This document shows positions 8,916 through 19,223 of a DNA stretch of 50,197 nt, piece by piece. The notes under the pieces were generated by a model, which was given only the letters and a program-made list of their open reading frames with translations, had not been told where the DNA came from and did no database searches. The stretch spans positions 1-50,197 of the forward strand of contig JALSSR010000093.1 of NCBI GenBank assembly GCA_026984135.1, read 5' to 3'. How positions within the stretch are numbered: position 1 is the stretch's first letter; every line of letters starts with the position of its first letter. A program made the translations under genes and the position numbers. This DNA comes from Bacteroidales bacterium. GTDB taxonomy: Bacteria; Bacteroidota; Bacteroidia; Bacteroidales; JAADJA01.

Positions 8916-10046
8916 ATGCAGTTTGAATTAGAAAAAAAAGATACCGGATCGTCTGCCCGGGCAGGTGTCATTACTACGGGTCACGGAAAAATAAAGACGC
9001 CGATCTTTATGCCTGTGGGAACAACAGGAGCGGTAAAGGCTGTTCACATCAAAGAACTTAATGAGGACACTAAGGCACAGATTATTCTTGGCAATACATA
9101 TCATCTCTATTTAAGACCCGGACTTGAGGTAATTGAAAATGCAGGAGGACTTCATAAATTCAACGGTTGGGATAAGCCAATACTTACCGATAGCGGCGGT
9201 TATCAGGTATATTCACTTGCCAACACAAGAAAACTTAGTAAAGAAGGTGTGCTTTTCAATTCCCACATTGACGGTTCCAAACATAAGTTTACACCTGAAT
9301 ATGTTGTTGACATCCAAAGAACTATAGGAGCTGATATTATTATGGCTTTCGATGAATGCACTCCGTATCCTTGTGATTATGATTATGCAAGAAAATCTCT
9401 TGACCTGACTCATCAGTGGCTGAACAGGTGCATAACTCATTTTGAGAAAAGCGAACCGAAGTATGGTCATAGTCAGGCATTGTTTCCCATTGTTCAGGGT
9501 AGTGTTTATAAAGATTTGAGGAAGGAGTCGGCGGAGGTGATTGCCGGATACGGAGCCGATGGAAATGCAATTGGCGGGCTCTCCGTCGGCGAGCCGCATG
9601 AGATGATGTATGAAATGACAGATCTGGTTTGTCGCATACTTCCCGAAGATAAACCGCGTTATCTGATGGGTGTGGGAACTCCTGTCAACATTCTGGAAAG
9701 CATAGCCCTCGGTGTGGATATGTTCGATTGTGTGATGCCGACACGTAACGCAAGACACGGTCTTTTATATACTAAAAACGGAATCATAAACATTAAAAAT
9801 GAAAAGTGGAAAAATGATTTCAGCCCTTTGGATCAAGAGGGAACATCATTTGTTGACAAACAGTATTCAAAAGCCTTTCTGAGGCATATGCTGATTTCGC
9901 AGGAGATGCTGGCAGGTATGATTGCCAGCCTGCATAATCTGGCTTTTTATCTCTGGCTTGTCAATGAAGCCAGAGAGCATATTTTAAGCGGGGATTTTGT
10001 GTGGTGGAAAAATAAAATGATTAAAAAACTCGGAACAAGACTGTAA
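8916..10046 (+). CDS. tgt: Queuine tRNA-ribosyltransferase
   Basis: TPIFMPVGT, LGNTYHL, LTDSGGYQV, DMFDCVMPTRNAR. Confidence 0.98.
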   Translation: MQFELEKKDTGSSARAGVITTGHGKIKTPIFMPVGTTGAVKAVHIKELNEDTKAQIILGNTYHLYLRPGLEVIENAGGLHKFNGWDKPILTDSGGYQVYSLANTRKLSKEGVLFNSHIDGSKHKFTPEYVVDIQRTIGADIIMAFDECTPYPCDYDYARKSLDLTHQWLNRCITHFEKSEPKYGHSQALFPIVQGSVYKDLRKESAEVIAGYGADGNAIGGLSVGEPHEMMYEMTDLVCRILPEDKPRYLMGVGTPVNILESIALGVDMFDCVMPTRNARHGLLYTKNGIINIKNEKWKNDFSPLDQEGTSFVDKQYSKAFLRHMLISQEMLAGMIASLHNLAFYLWLVNEAREHILSGDFVWWKNKMIKKLGTRL

Positions 10047-10049
10047 GAT

Positions 10050-11126
10050 TTGAAAAAGATTGATATCTATATAATTAAGAAATTTCTCGGCACTTTCTTT
10101 TTTGCCATATCACTTCTTATTGTTATCGTTATCATTTTTGATATCTCGGAAAAGATTGATGACTTCATTGAAAAGGATGCACCACTATCGGAGATCATCT
10201 TTTCATATTACATAAACTTTATTCCATATTTTGTTAACCTTTTCAGCTATCTTTTTACCTTTATAGCAGTTATTTTTTTCACTTCAAAAATGGCAACAGA
10301 TAGTGAAATTGTGGCAATACTCGGTAGCGGAGTGAGCTTTTGGCGATTTCTGCGGCCATATCTTATTGCTGCTACTGCACTTGGACTGATGTCATTTTAT
10401 CTTGCAAACTTTCTGATTCCGCATACCAATAAGACAATGATGGTTTTTGAAAAGACATATTTAAAAAATCCGTACAGAAACAGGGATTACAATATGCATA
10501 TGCAGATAAAACCCGGCACCTTTGTTTATCTCGAAAGTTATAATAATCAAACAAATACAGGATATAAATTTTCTCTTGAAAAATTTAAGGCTAATAAACT
10601 TGTTTACAAATTAAATTCATCCCGGATTCTTTGGGACAGCCTTTCCGGGTTATGGAAAATCAAGGATTATTATATCAGAACCTTTGACGGAACGGATGAA
10701 ACATTACGAAAGGGCAGGGAGCTGGACACCCTTATAAATTTGGATCCAAGGGAGTTTTCATTTATTCTGGACGACCTGAAAACATTGAATTTTTATGAAC
10801 TGAGGGATTTCATTGCAAAAGAAAAACTGAAAGGTTCGGAGAAAATAAAGGAATATGAGGTGGAGAAACAAAAGAGAATGGCTTTTCCGTTTGCCACCAT
10901 TATATTGACAATGATCGGAGTGTCTCTGTCGAGCAGGAAAGTGCGAGGTGGGATAGGTATGCATATCGGGTTGGGAATAGCACTTGCATTCGGGTTCATA
11001 TTTTTTCAGCAAGTATCAACCGTTTTTGCTACCCGCGGTGACCTTAATCCGATCCTTGCCGTTTGGATTCCCAATGTAATTTTCGGAATTCTCGCCATTT
11101 TCCTGTTAAGGATTGCTCCGAAATAG
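10050..11126 (+). CDS. lptG: LptF/LptG-family LPS export permease
   Basis: KKIDIYIIKKFL, SEIVAILGSGVS, AVWIPN; 3+3 TM layout; TTG start; F versus G assignment uncertain. Confidence 0.85.
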   Translation: MKKIDIYIIKKFLGTFFFAISLLIVIVIIFDISEKIDDFIEKDAPLSEIIFSYYINFIPYFVNLFSYLFTFIAVIFFTSKMATDSEIVAILGSGVSFWRFLRPYLIAATALGLMSFYLANFLIPHTNKTMMVFEKTYLKNPYRNRDYNMHMQIKPGTFVYLESYNNQTNTGYKFSLEKFKANKLVYKLNSSRILWDSLSGLWKIKDYYIRTFDGTDETLRKGRELDTLINLDPREFSFILDDLKTLNFYELRDFIAKEKLKGSEKIKEYEVEKQKRMAFPFATIILTMIGVSLSSRKVRGGIGMHIGLGIALAFGFIFFQQVSTVFATRGDLNPILAVWIPNVIFGILAIFLLRIAPK

Positions 11127-11218
11127 GGTCAAAGTATTTTTTTTAATCGCTTTGCAATACATTTCTTTTCCGTATTTTTGCATCTCTCTTGCAGTTTTTT
11201 CGTAAGGGTACGAGGATT

Positions 11219-13036
11219 ATGAACAGGAACTTATCGGAACGGAAATATGTCGTCATTGCTATCTTTGTTATTGTGGCGGTTATTTTTATCGTCAGATTAC
11301 TGATACTTCAGGTTTTTGACGACTCATATATTCTGTCTGCCGAGAATAATGTACTCCGGAAAATTACAATTTATCCCAATCGTGGCAGAATATACGATCG
11401 TAACGGCGAACTGCTTGTGTACGATGAAGCTGCTTACGACCTGCTTGTCATTCCCCGCCAGGTAAAGGATATGGATACGGCGGAGTTTTGCAGGGTTCTC
11501 AATATTTCGGATTCCGTTTTTAAAGTAAAGATGAAAAAGGCTAAAAAATATTCTCGCTATAAGCCGTCCATTTTTCTTGAACAGATATCAAAACATGAGT
11601 TTGGCTATCTTGAGGAGAAACTTTATAAGTTTCCCGGTTTTTATGTTCAGACCCGTTCGCTCAGAAAATACACAAGACCCATTGCAGCCCATACTCTCGG
11701 TTATATCGGTGAGGTAAACAGCAGAGAGATGAAAGCCGACAGCTACTATTCTCAGGGTGATTATATCGGTAAAAGCGGAATTGAAAAGTTTTTTGAGAAA
11801 GATTTGAGAGGCAGGAAAGGTGTTGAAATGGTGATGGTTGATGTTCACAACAGACAGCAGGGAAGTTATAAAAACGGAAAGTACGACACTCTTTCGGTTC
11901 CCGGCAAAGACCTTTATCTGTCCATTGATGCTGATTTGCAGGCTTATGCCGAGAGGCTTATGCAAAATAAGATTGGGAGTATAGTGGCAATAGATCCTGA
12001 AACCGGTGGTATTCTTGCTTTTGTAACCAGCCCGACATACGATCCGAACCTGCTTGTCGGGAGAGTGAGGGGTAAGAACTTCGGACTGCTAATGCACGAT
12101 TCACTTAAGCCATTGCTTAACAGGGCGATTATGGGGACATATTCACCCGGCTCCACCTTTAAGCCTGTCCAGGCACTTATCGGACTCCAGGAGAATGTAC
12201 TTAGGAAATCAACATCTTATGTTTGCTACGGTCCGGCTACGACACCAATAAAATGTACTCATAACCATCAGTCTCCGCTTCAGCTTCAACAAGCCATTGA
12301 ACAATCTTGTAACCCGTACTTCTGGAATGTTTTCAAGTCAATAATTAACAATCCAAAATACCGCTCTGCCGAGGAGGCCTATAAAGTATGGCGGAGTTAT
12401 GTTTTGAGTTTTGGTTTTGGAACCAAATTTAAAACCGATATTCCTTTTGAAGTTAGCGGGAATGTGCCCACTGCCGAATATTTTAATAAAATTTACGGGA
12501 AAGGTCATTGGAATGCTCTTACAATACGTTCTCTCGCAATCGGACAGGGTGAAATACTGGTAACGCCTTTGCAACTTGCTAACGAATCGGTTATAATTGC
12601 TAACAAAGGCTATTACTATCCTCCTCATATTGTGGAAGCAACGGGAAGTCCTGATAACATTATTAAAGAATTCAGGGTGAAGAAAAAGACAATGGTAGAG
12701 CCCGACAAATTTGATGTTGTTAGAGAAGCTATGCTGGAAGTTTTTGAAGGAGAACACGGTACGGCACGCTGGGCAAAACTTGAAGGTGTAAAAATTGCCG
12801 GCAAAACCGGAACTGTTCAAAATCCTCACGGAAAAGACCATTCTATTTTTGTAGCTTTCGCACCGATGGATAATCCTAAAATAGCAATGTCGGTGATTGT
12901 GGAAAATTCCGGTTACGGATCAACATGGGCGGCTCCAATAGCTTCGCTTATGATCGAACAATATCTGAATGACACGATAACACGACCAAGACTGGAAAAA
13001 CGAATTCTGGACGGAAATTTAATTTCAAGATATTGA
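11219..13036 (+). CDS. mrdA: Penicillin-binding protein 2
   Basis: RGRIYDRNG, SPGSTFK (SxxK), SCN (SxN), GKTGT (KTG); directly upstream of rodA. Confidence 0.95.
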   Translation: MNRNLSERKYVVIAIFVIVAVIFIVRLLILQVFDDSYILSAENNVLRKITIYPNRGRIYDRNGELLVYDEAAYDLLVIPRQVKDMDTAEFCRVLNISDSVFKVKMKKAKKYSRYKPSIFLEQISKHEFGYLEEKLYKFPGFYVQTRSLRKYTRPIAAHTLGYIGEVNSREMKADSYYSQGDYIGKSGIEKFFEKDLRGRKGVEMVMVDVHNRQQGSYKNGKYDTLSVPGKDLYLSIDADLQAYAERLMQNKIGSIVAIDPETGGILAFVTSPTYDPNLLVGRVRGKNFGLLMHDSLKPLLNRAIMGTYSPGSTFKPVQALIGLQENVLRKSTSYVCYGPATTPIKCTHNHQSPLQLQQAIEQSCNPYFWNVFKSIINNPKYRSAEEAYKVWRSYVLSFGFGTKFKTDIPFEVSGNVPTAEYFNKIYGKGHWNALTIRSLAIGQGEILVTPLQLANESVIIANKGYYYPPHIVEATGSPDNIIKEFRVKKKTMVEPDKFDVVREAMLEVFEGEHGTARWAKLEGVKIAGKTGTVQNPHGKDHSIFVAFAPMDNPKIAMSVIVENSGYGSTWAAPIASLMIEQYLNDTITRPRLEKRILDGNLISRY

Positions 13037-14292
13037 GAAGGGGAAATAACATATTACAAAATATTGACTGGATAACGGTACTTCTATACCTGATTCTTGT
13101 GCTTGTAGGTTGGGTAAATATCTATGCAGCCGTTTACAATGAAGAACACGGAAGTATTCTGGATATGACGCAAAATTACGGTAAACAGTTGCTATGGATT
13201 GGAACTTCGGTTTTGCTTGCCCTTGTTATATTGCTGATTGACGCAAAATTCTTCTCAACTTTTTCGTATTTGATATACTTTTTAACATTGATGCTTTTGA
13301 TAGGCGTATTGCTGTTCGGGAGGGAGATTGCAGGTTCAAAATCGTGGTTTCAAATCGGAAGCTTTTCGCTGCAGCCTGCCGAACTGGGAAAGTTTGCAAC
13401 AGCTCTTGCCCTGGCAAAATATTTAAGCGGTATTGATAAGGACTTTTCAAAATTCAAAACAAAGGTTGTAGCTGCTTTTATCATAATGTTTCCGGCTATG
13501 CTTATCCTGCTGCAACACGATACCGGTTCCGCTCTTGTTTATACATCTTTCATACTTGTTTTATATCGCGAAGGACTTTCAGGTAACCTGCTCATATTGG
13601 GACTAATTGTTGCCATTTTGTTTGTGGTCACTCTGCTGGTAAATAAGTTTATAGTTATTGGAATTATTGCGGCATTGTTTATCCTTTTCTATTTACTTAA
13701 TAAAGCAGTACGTAAAAGATTGTTCCCTTTAATTGGCGTTTTCATCATTGCATCCATGTATGTTTTGAGTGTTGACTATGTTTTTGAAAATGTGCTTGAA
13801 CCTCATCAGAAAAAGAGGATAAATGTATTACTCGGTATTGAAACAGACATCAGAGGAGCGGGCTACAACGTCCATCAGTCGAAGATAGCAATAGGGTCCG
13901 GTGGGTTTTCGGGTAAAGGATTTCTTAAGGGCACACAAACGAAATTCGATTTTGTTCCCGAGCAAAGTACCGACTTTATATTTTGTACCATTGGTGAAGA
14001 GTGGGGGTTTGTGGGGTCCTTTATTTTGATTATGCTGTTTCTGGCACTTCTGATACGACTGATATTTCTTGCAGAACGACAGCGATCGAAATTCAGTAGA
14101 ATTTACGGGTATGGAGTAGCCTCGGTACTTTTTTTCCATTTCACCATTAACCTTGGTATGACAATCGGATTATTTCCGGTAATCGGTATTCCGCTACCGT
14201 TTATTTCCTACGGCGGTTCTTCGTTGTGGGGTTTTACTATCCTTCTTTTTATTTTTATTAAGCAGGATTCCGAAAGACTGGAACTGTTGTAA
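13033..14292 (+). CDS. rodA: Rod shape-determining protein RodA (SEDS family)
   Basis: LQPAELGK, IAIGSGG, PEQSTDFIF, GIPLPFISYGGSS. Confidence 0.95.
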   Translation: MRRGNNILQNIDWITVLLYLILVLVGWVNIYAAVYNEEHGSILDMTQNYGKQLLWIGTSVLLALVILLIDAKFFSTFSYLIYFLTLMLLIGVLLFGREIAGSKSWFQIGSFSLQPAELGKFATALALAKYLSGIDKDFSKFKTKVVAAFIIMFPAMLILLQHDTGSALVYTSFILVLYREGLSGNLLILGLIVAILFVVTLLVNKFIVIGIIAALFILFYLLNKAVRKRLFPLIGVFIIASMYVLSVDYVFENVLEPHQKKRINVLLGIETDIRGAGYNVHQSKIAIGSGGFSGKGFLKGTQTKFDFVPEQSTDFIFCTIGEEWGFVGSFILIMLFLALLIRLIFLAERQRSKFSRIYGYGVASVLFFHFTINLGMTIGLFPVIGIPLPFISYGGSSLWGFTILLFIFIKQDSERLELL

Positions 14293-14335
14293 CCGGAAAT
14301 TACATAAGTGAATGCGTTGAAGTTTGAAATCCGTC

Positions 14336-15076
14336 CTATTCAGTCAGTTTAATAATATCTTCGGGCGTATCAATCGAAATACTTTCAATATCTGTTTTCT
14401 TTGTCATTATCTCATATCCATTTTCCATCCAGCGAAGTTGCTCCAGCAGTTCGGCCTTTTCGAGAGGCGTTGCATTAAGATATGCTATCGTATTTAACAC
14501 TTCAGTACGGTATGCATAAATTCCGATATGTTTAAAAAAATCGTGATGCTTCAGCCATTTGGTTTTTTCGATACCTCTGATAAAGGGAATTGCCTGACGA
14601 CTAAAAGATAGTGCAGTCCCGTCGTTACGTGTGATAACTTTAACAACATTCGGGTTGAAAAGCTCCTTTCCGGTTTTTATTTTTTTAATTAATGTTCCGA
14701 TTTTCACGGTTTCATCATTAAAACAGGAAACTACAAGGTCAATCTGTGCGGGTTCTATATACGGCTCATCACCCTGAATGTTAATGGCAATGTCGAATGA
14801 TTCTCCGCTGTCAATGAATTTTTCCACCACTTCATTACAGCGCTCGGTTCCGCTATTGTGATGTGCGGATGTCAACATAACATTGCCGCCGAACTCTTTC
14901 ACAACTTTTTCAATACGCTCATCATCAGTGGCAACCGTAACCGCATTAAGCGATTTTGCTTTCAGGCATTGCTCGTACACTCGTTGTATCATGGGTTTTC
15001 CGTTGATCAGAGCAAGTGGTTTTCCGGGGAAACGTGTGGATGCATAACGGGCCGGTATGATGCCGAGTGCTTTCAT
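14336..15076 (-). CDS. kdsB: 3-deoxy-manno-octulosonate cytidylyltransferase
   Basis: IIPARYASTRFPGKPL, NIQGDEP, HIGIYAY, LEQLRW. Confidence 0.97.
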   Translation of the reverse strand: MKALGIIPARYASTRFPGKPLALINGKPMIQRVYEQCLKAKSLNAVTVATDDERIEKVVKEFGGNVMLTSAHHNSGTERCNEVVEKFIDSGESFDIAINIQGDEPYIEPAQIDLVVSCFNDETVKIGTLIKKIKTGKELFNPNVVKVITRNDGTALSFSRQAIPFIRGIEKTKWLKHHDFFKHIGIYAYRTEVLNTIAYLNATPLEKAELLEQLRWMENGYEIMTKKTDIESISIDTPEDIIKLTE

Positions 15077-15080
15077 AAAT

Positions 15081-15908
15081 TTATTTTACAATTATGGTTT
15101 TTTTAACCGAATACTCTTCGGTTTTGCCGTTTTTTTCATCTTTCATCGTTAAGATGAAATTATAAATCTTTTCTCCTTTTTTATCTTCGGGAAAAACGAA
15201 TTGAATGACAGGCTTTTTTAAATTGTACGAATTAACAATAGTAGTCCCATCTTTTGAAACGGATAAACCTGTTTTGGAACCCGAAGGAGATGCAACAGTT
15301 ACATTGGCTTTTATTAAAGTATTGGCATCCGTTTTTTCAGTATTGAGAACAACATCTATAATTCCTGATCCGGTGACTTTTTCCGTGTTACCGGAATCAT
15401 CATATTTTTTAAAATATTTTATCTTTCCCGATGAGTCATAAAATTCATAAGTAATGGGTCTTCCGTCACGGTAATGAAAAATCCATTCCCCGGCTTTATT
15501 ATTATTTTTCATATAGCCCTGGAAACTGGTAACTCCGTTATCATATATGGCTTTGGAAATACCTGTCAGCATTCCGTTTTTATAGGTTTCAATGTGAGTA
15601 AGACCGGAGTTTGCATCAAAATACTTATGCACTCCTTCCGGGTGTCCGTTTTTATAAACCGCAGAGTCAATCATCCTTCCTTGTATGTTATATGATACCG
15701 AAACGTAATTTTCTCCCGATTTATCGAAATAGATGATACTTGATTTAATTTGATTATCGTTGAACCATTCCTGTACAACCTGTTGCCCTTCGGAATTACA
15801 AAATTCCTTTTTTATCACACTATTGCCGCAAGAAAAGAAAACAAATATGAAAAGAAAAGCAATTGTCGCATTTTTAAAAGATTCGCTATGGTTGTGGTAT
15901 TTTTTCAT
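15081..15908 (-). CDS. MORN-variant (YwqK-like) repeat lipoprotein
   Basis: Lipobox FFSC; repeats YKNGHPEG, YKNGMLTG, GEWIFHYRDG. Confidence 0.7.
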   Translation of the reverse strand: MKKYHNHSESFKNATIAFLFIFVFFSCGNSVIKKEFCNSEGQQVVQEWFNDNQIKSSIIYFDKSGENYVSVSYNIQGRMIDSAVYKNGHPEGVHKYFDANSGLTHIETYKNGMLTGISKAIYDNGVTSFQGYMKNNNKAGEWIFHYRDGRPITYEFYDSSGKIKYFKKYDDSGNTEKVTGSGIIDVVLNTEKTDANTLIKANVTVASPSGSKTGLSVSKDGTTIVNSYNLKKPVIQFVFPEDKKGEKIYNFILTMKDEKNGKTEEYSVKKTIIVK

Positions 15909-16011
15909 TCTATCGGTTGAAATTATTATTGATTTGTGTAAAGTAGATTATTTCATTTTTCTTAAAAAAGTGACTTTATCTATTTCAATTTGTTTTGTAA
16001 TAGACATCTTC

Positions 16012-16626
16012 CTAAAACAACCCGTGGAGCTCGGCATTCACTTTTTCAATAATCATTGCAAGGTCAGACGGATTATCCTGAATATCAAGATTATCAACGT
16101 CAAATATTAACAGTTTTCCAAGATTGTATTTTGTAATCCAGGCCTCGTAGCGTTCATTAAGTTTTTTCAGATAATCAAGTCTGATAGCCTCTTCATATTC
16201 TCTTCCCCGTTTTTGGATTTGATTTACAAGAGTCGGTACGGAAGCCCTCAGGTATATCAGTAAATCGGGAGGTTGAATAAACGAACTCATCAATTCAAAA
16301 AGAGAGATGTAATTTTCAAAATCCCTTGTTGTCATCAGGTTCATAGAGTGCAGATTAGGTGCAAAAATATATGCATCCTCATAAATTGTTCTGTCCTGAA
16401 TAACTGTTTTACCGCTGTTTCTTATTTCGACTACCTGCCTGAAACGGCTGTTAAGAAAATAAATTTGCAGGTTGAACGACCACCGCTGCATATCTTCATA
16501 AAAACTATTCAGATATGGGTTTGTATCAACATCTTCAAAGTGTGCTTCCCAACCGAAGTTTTTGGCGAGAAGGCGTGTCAGGGTTGTTTTTCCCGAACCT
16601 ATGTTTCCTGCTATAGCTATATGCAT
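16012..16626 (-). CDS. Deoxynucleoside kinase
   Basis: P-loop IAGNIGSGKTT, QDRTIYED, PDLLIYL, IQKRGREYE. Confidence 0.95.
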   Translation of the reverse strand: MHIAIAGNIGSGKTTLTRLLAKNFGWEAHFEDVDTNPYLNSFYEDMQRWSFNLQIYFLNSRFRQVVEIRNSGKTVIQDRTIYEDAYIFAPNLHSMNLMTTRDFENYISLFELMSSFIQPPDLLIYLRASVPTLVNQIQKRGREYEEAIRLDYLKKLNERYEAWITKYNLGKLLIFDVDNLDIQDNPSDLAMIIEKVNAELHGLF

Positions 16627-16691
16627 ATCTTATTTTTTTTATCGGATAAAAATAGTATTTTTTTCTCAGATAATGAAAATTACTCAAAAAA

Positions 16692-18206
16692 TTAATTAAC
16701 CAAACTCATAATTTCATCAACATATCTTCTGTCGTTAGACAAACGGGGCACCTTGTGTTGCCCTCCCAGCTTGTCTTTTGACTTTAACCAATTATAAAAT
16801 ACACCTTTTGGAATGACCCTTATAACCGGCTCTCTCAATACCATATTATGGTAGCGTTTTGCCTCATAATCCGAATTTAGTGACTTCAGGGCATTATCAA
16901 AAGTTTCAGTAAAAAAATCAATATTTTCCGGTTCTTTTTCAAATTCAATGAGCCACTCGTGAGCTGCATTTTCACCTTCTTTAAAGTAAACAGGGGCTGC
17001 GGTATATTCACTTATTATGGCATTACTTTTTTGACAAGCAATAGTAAGAGCCTTTTCGGCATTATCAATAATCAATTCTTCTCCAACAGCATTTATAAAG
17101 TTGACTGTCCTTCCCGTAATCTTTATCCTAAACGGACTTAAAGAAGTGAATTGCACGGTATCGCCTATGATGTATCTCCAGAGTCCTCCATTTGTTGAAA
17201 TTACCATAGCATAATTTGTTCCGAGTTCAACCTCACTCAATGAAAGTGTTTCCGGGTTTTCAGTTCCGAGCTGGTCCATCGGCATAAATTCATAAAAGAC
17301 ACCATAATCCAGCATTAGTAAGAGTTCGTCACTGTCAATCTGATCCTGTAATCCGAAAAACCCTTCTGAAGCACTGTAAGTTTCCATATAGTGCATATTT
17401 TCGGACGGGATTATCTGTTCAAACTGCTTTTTGTAAGGAGCAAAATTTACACCTCCGTGGAAAAAAGCCTCAAGATTAGGCCAAACTTCAAGGATGTTTT
17501 CCTTTCCCGTAATTTCCAGGATTCTTCTTAAAAGCAACAGAGTCCAGGAAGGTACACCGAGTATGTTTGTTACATTATGACTAATGGTTGAGGTTGCCAT
17601 CTTCTCAATTTTACTTTCCCATTCATCCATCAAAGCAACGGAGCGCTTCGGTACTCTGATAAATTCAGCCCAATATGGCAGGTTTTGTACAATAATGGCG
17701 GAAAGGTCACCGGAATAATAGTTTTCATTATTAATTTCGGTAATCTTATGGCTTCCTCCCATAGCAAGGCCGCGTCCGTCAAAAATATATGTGTCTGGAT
17801 AGTTGTTGCAGTATATTGAGAGCATATCCTTACCAACATTATAATGACACTCTTCCAGCGATTCGGTGCTGACTGGGATATATTTGCTTTTTCCGGCTGT
17901 CGTACCCGATGATTTGGCAAACCATTTTATTTCAGAACCCCAGAGAATGTTCTGCTCACCTTTGCGCAACCGGTCAATATACGGTTTAAGTGTTTCGTAG
18001 TTGTTAACAGGAACTCTTTCCTTGAATTCTTTAACGGAACCGATACTTGCATAATCATATTTCTTTCCCCATTCGGTATTCTTTGCCTGCGAAATAAGTT
18101 TCTTAAACCACTCTTCCTGTACCTCAAGCGGATACTTCATAAAAAGTTCGATCTGATGAAACCGCTTTTTCATTAACCAGGATATAACCGAATTTATGAG
18201 AGCCAT
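16692..18206 (-). CDS. GH3-family acyl-acid amido synthetase-like protein
   Basis: SSGTTAGKSKYIP, YSASEG, GLWRYIIGD, GQHKVPR. Confidence 0.92.
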   Translation of the reverse strand: MALINSVISWLMKKRFHQIELFMKYPLEVQEEWFKKLISQAKNTEWGKKYDYASIGSVKEFKERVPVNNYETLKPYIDRLRKGEQNILWGSEIKWFAKSSGTTAGKSKYIPVSTESLEECHYNVGKDMLSIYCNNYPDTYIFDGRGLAMGGSHKITEINNENYYSGDLSAIIVQNLPYWAEFIRVPKRSVALMDEWESKIEKMATSTISHNVTNILGVPSWTLLLLRRILEITGKENILEVWPNLEAFFHGGVNFAPYKKQFEQIIPSENMHYMETYSASEGFFGLQDQIDSDELLLMLDYGVFYEFMPMDQLGTENPETLSLSEVELGTNYAMVISTNGGLWRYIIGDTVQFTSLSPFRIKITGRTVNFINAVGEELIIDNAEKALTIACQKSNAIISEYTAAPVYFKEGENAAHEWLIEFEKEPENIDFFTETFDNALKSLNSDYEAKRYHNMVLREPVIRVIPKGVFYNWLKSKDKLGGQHKVPRLSNDRRYVDEIMSLVN

Positions 18207-18327
18207 AGTCCAATGATGATAAAATATAATATTTGCAATGCAAAATTACTATTAAAATGTGGAATATTGCTTGTATTTTTTTTATCAGTCCTTTCACTAA
18301 TTTGTATAGTTTTGTTAAAAATTTGTT

Positions 18328-19140
18328 ATGCTTCTGTTTCCCAATTGCAAAATAAATCTTGGTCTGTCGGTAACAGGAAAGTCGGATAACGGGTTTCATA
18401 CTCTGGAAACCGTGATGTATCCCGTACCTCTTAATGATGTTCTGGAGATTATTATTTCTCCTTCCGGTAAGTTTTCTTTTGAAATGTCAGGCTTGCAAAT
18501 ACCGGGTAATTCCGATGACAATCTCGTTGTGAAAGCATACAAACTGTTGAAAGAAGATTTTAATCTTGATGCGGTTGCAATTCATCTTCTTAAGACTATA
18601 CCAATGGGTTCCGGACTGGGTGGCGGATCAGCCGACGGCGCTTTTGCCATTAAGCTTTTAAATTCTCTTTTCAATCTTTCATTAACAACGAAAAGGATGC
18701 AGCATTATGCTGCAAAACTCGGTAGCGACTGCCCGTTTTTTATTGAGAACAGACCTGTATTGGCAAAGGGCAGGGGAGATGTTTTTGAAAATGTCGAGGT
18801 TGATTTGAAAGGATACTATATTAAAATTGTAAAACCGGAAGTACATATCAATACCGGCGAGGCCTATTCATTAATTAAACCTTCCATACCTGCAGTACCG
18901 ATAAAAGAAATTATCGGCAGGCCCATTGAGCACTGGAAAGGAATTTTAGCAAATGATTTTGAAAAGCCGGTTTTCCAAAATTATCCTGAAATAATGAAGA
19001 TTAAAGAAAAGCTATATGATGCGGGTGCCGTTTTTGCTTCAATGAGCGGTAGCGGCTCGGCGGTGTATGGTATTTTCAAGGAAATGACCGGTATTGCCGA
19101 AGATTTTAAGGATTGTTTTGTTTGGGAAGGAATATTGTAA
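18328..19140 (+). CDS. ispE: 4-diphosphocytidyl-2-C-methyl-D-erythritol kinase
   Basis: KINLGL, GFHTLETV, IPMGSGLGGGSAD, LGSDCPFF, MSGSGS. Confidence 0.96.
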   Translation: MLLFPNCKINLGLSVTGKSDNGFHTLETVMYPVPLNDVLEIIISPSGKFSFEMSGLQIPGNSDDNLVVKAYKLLKEDFNLDAVAIHLLKTIPMGSGLGGGSADGAFAIKLLNSLFNLSLTTKRMQHYAAKLGSDCPFFIENRPVLAKGRGDVFENVEVDLKGYYIKIVKPEVHINTGEAYSLIKPSIPAVPIKEIIGRPIEHWKGILANDFEKPVFQNYPEIMKIKEKLYDAGAVFASMSGSGSAVYGIFKEMTGIAEDFKDCFVWEGIL

Positions 19141-19223
19141 TAATAATCCGGACTAACGGGTTCTCTACTTGTAGGTTGCAGCCCAATATTTAAGTTTTTT
19201 CAGTAGCCTCGGGTTATCCTGCT

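Noticed and set aside
15081-15908. YwqK-like protein as part of a toxin-antitoxin pair
   Set aside because: It is a MORN-type repeat lipoprotein with no adjacent toxin; the resemblance is to the repeat only.
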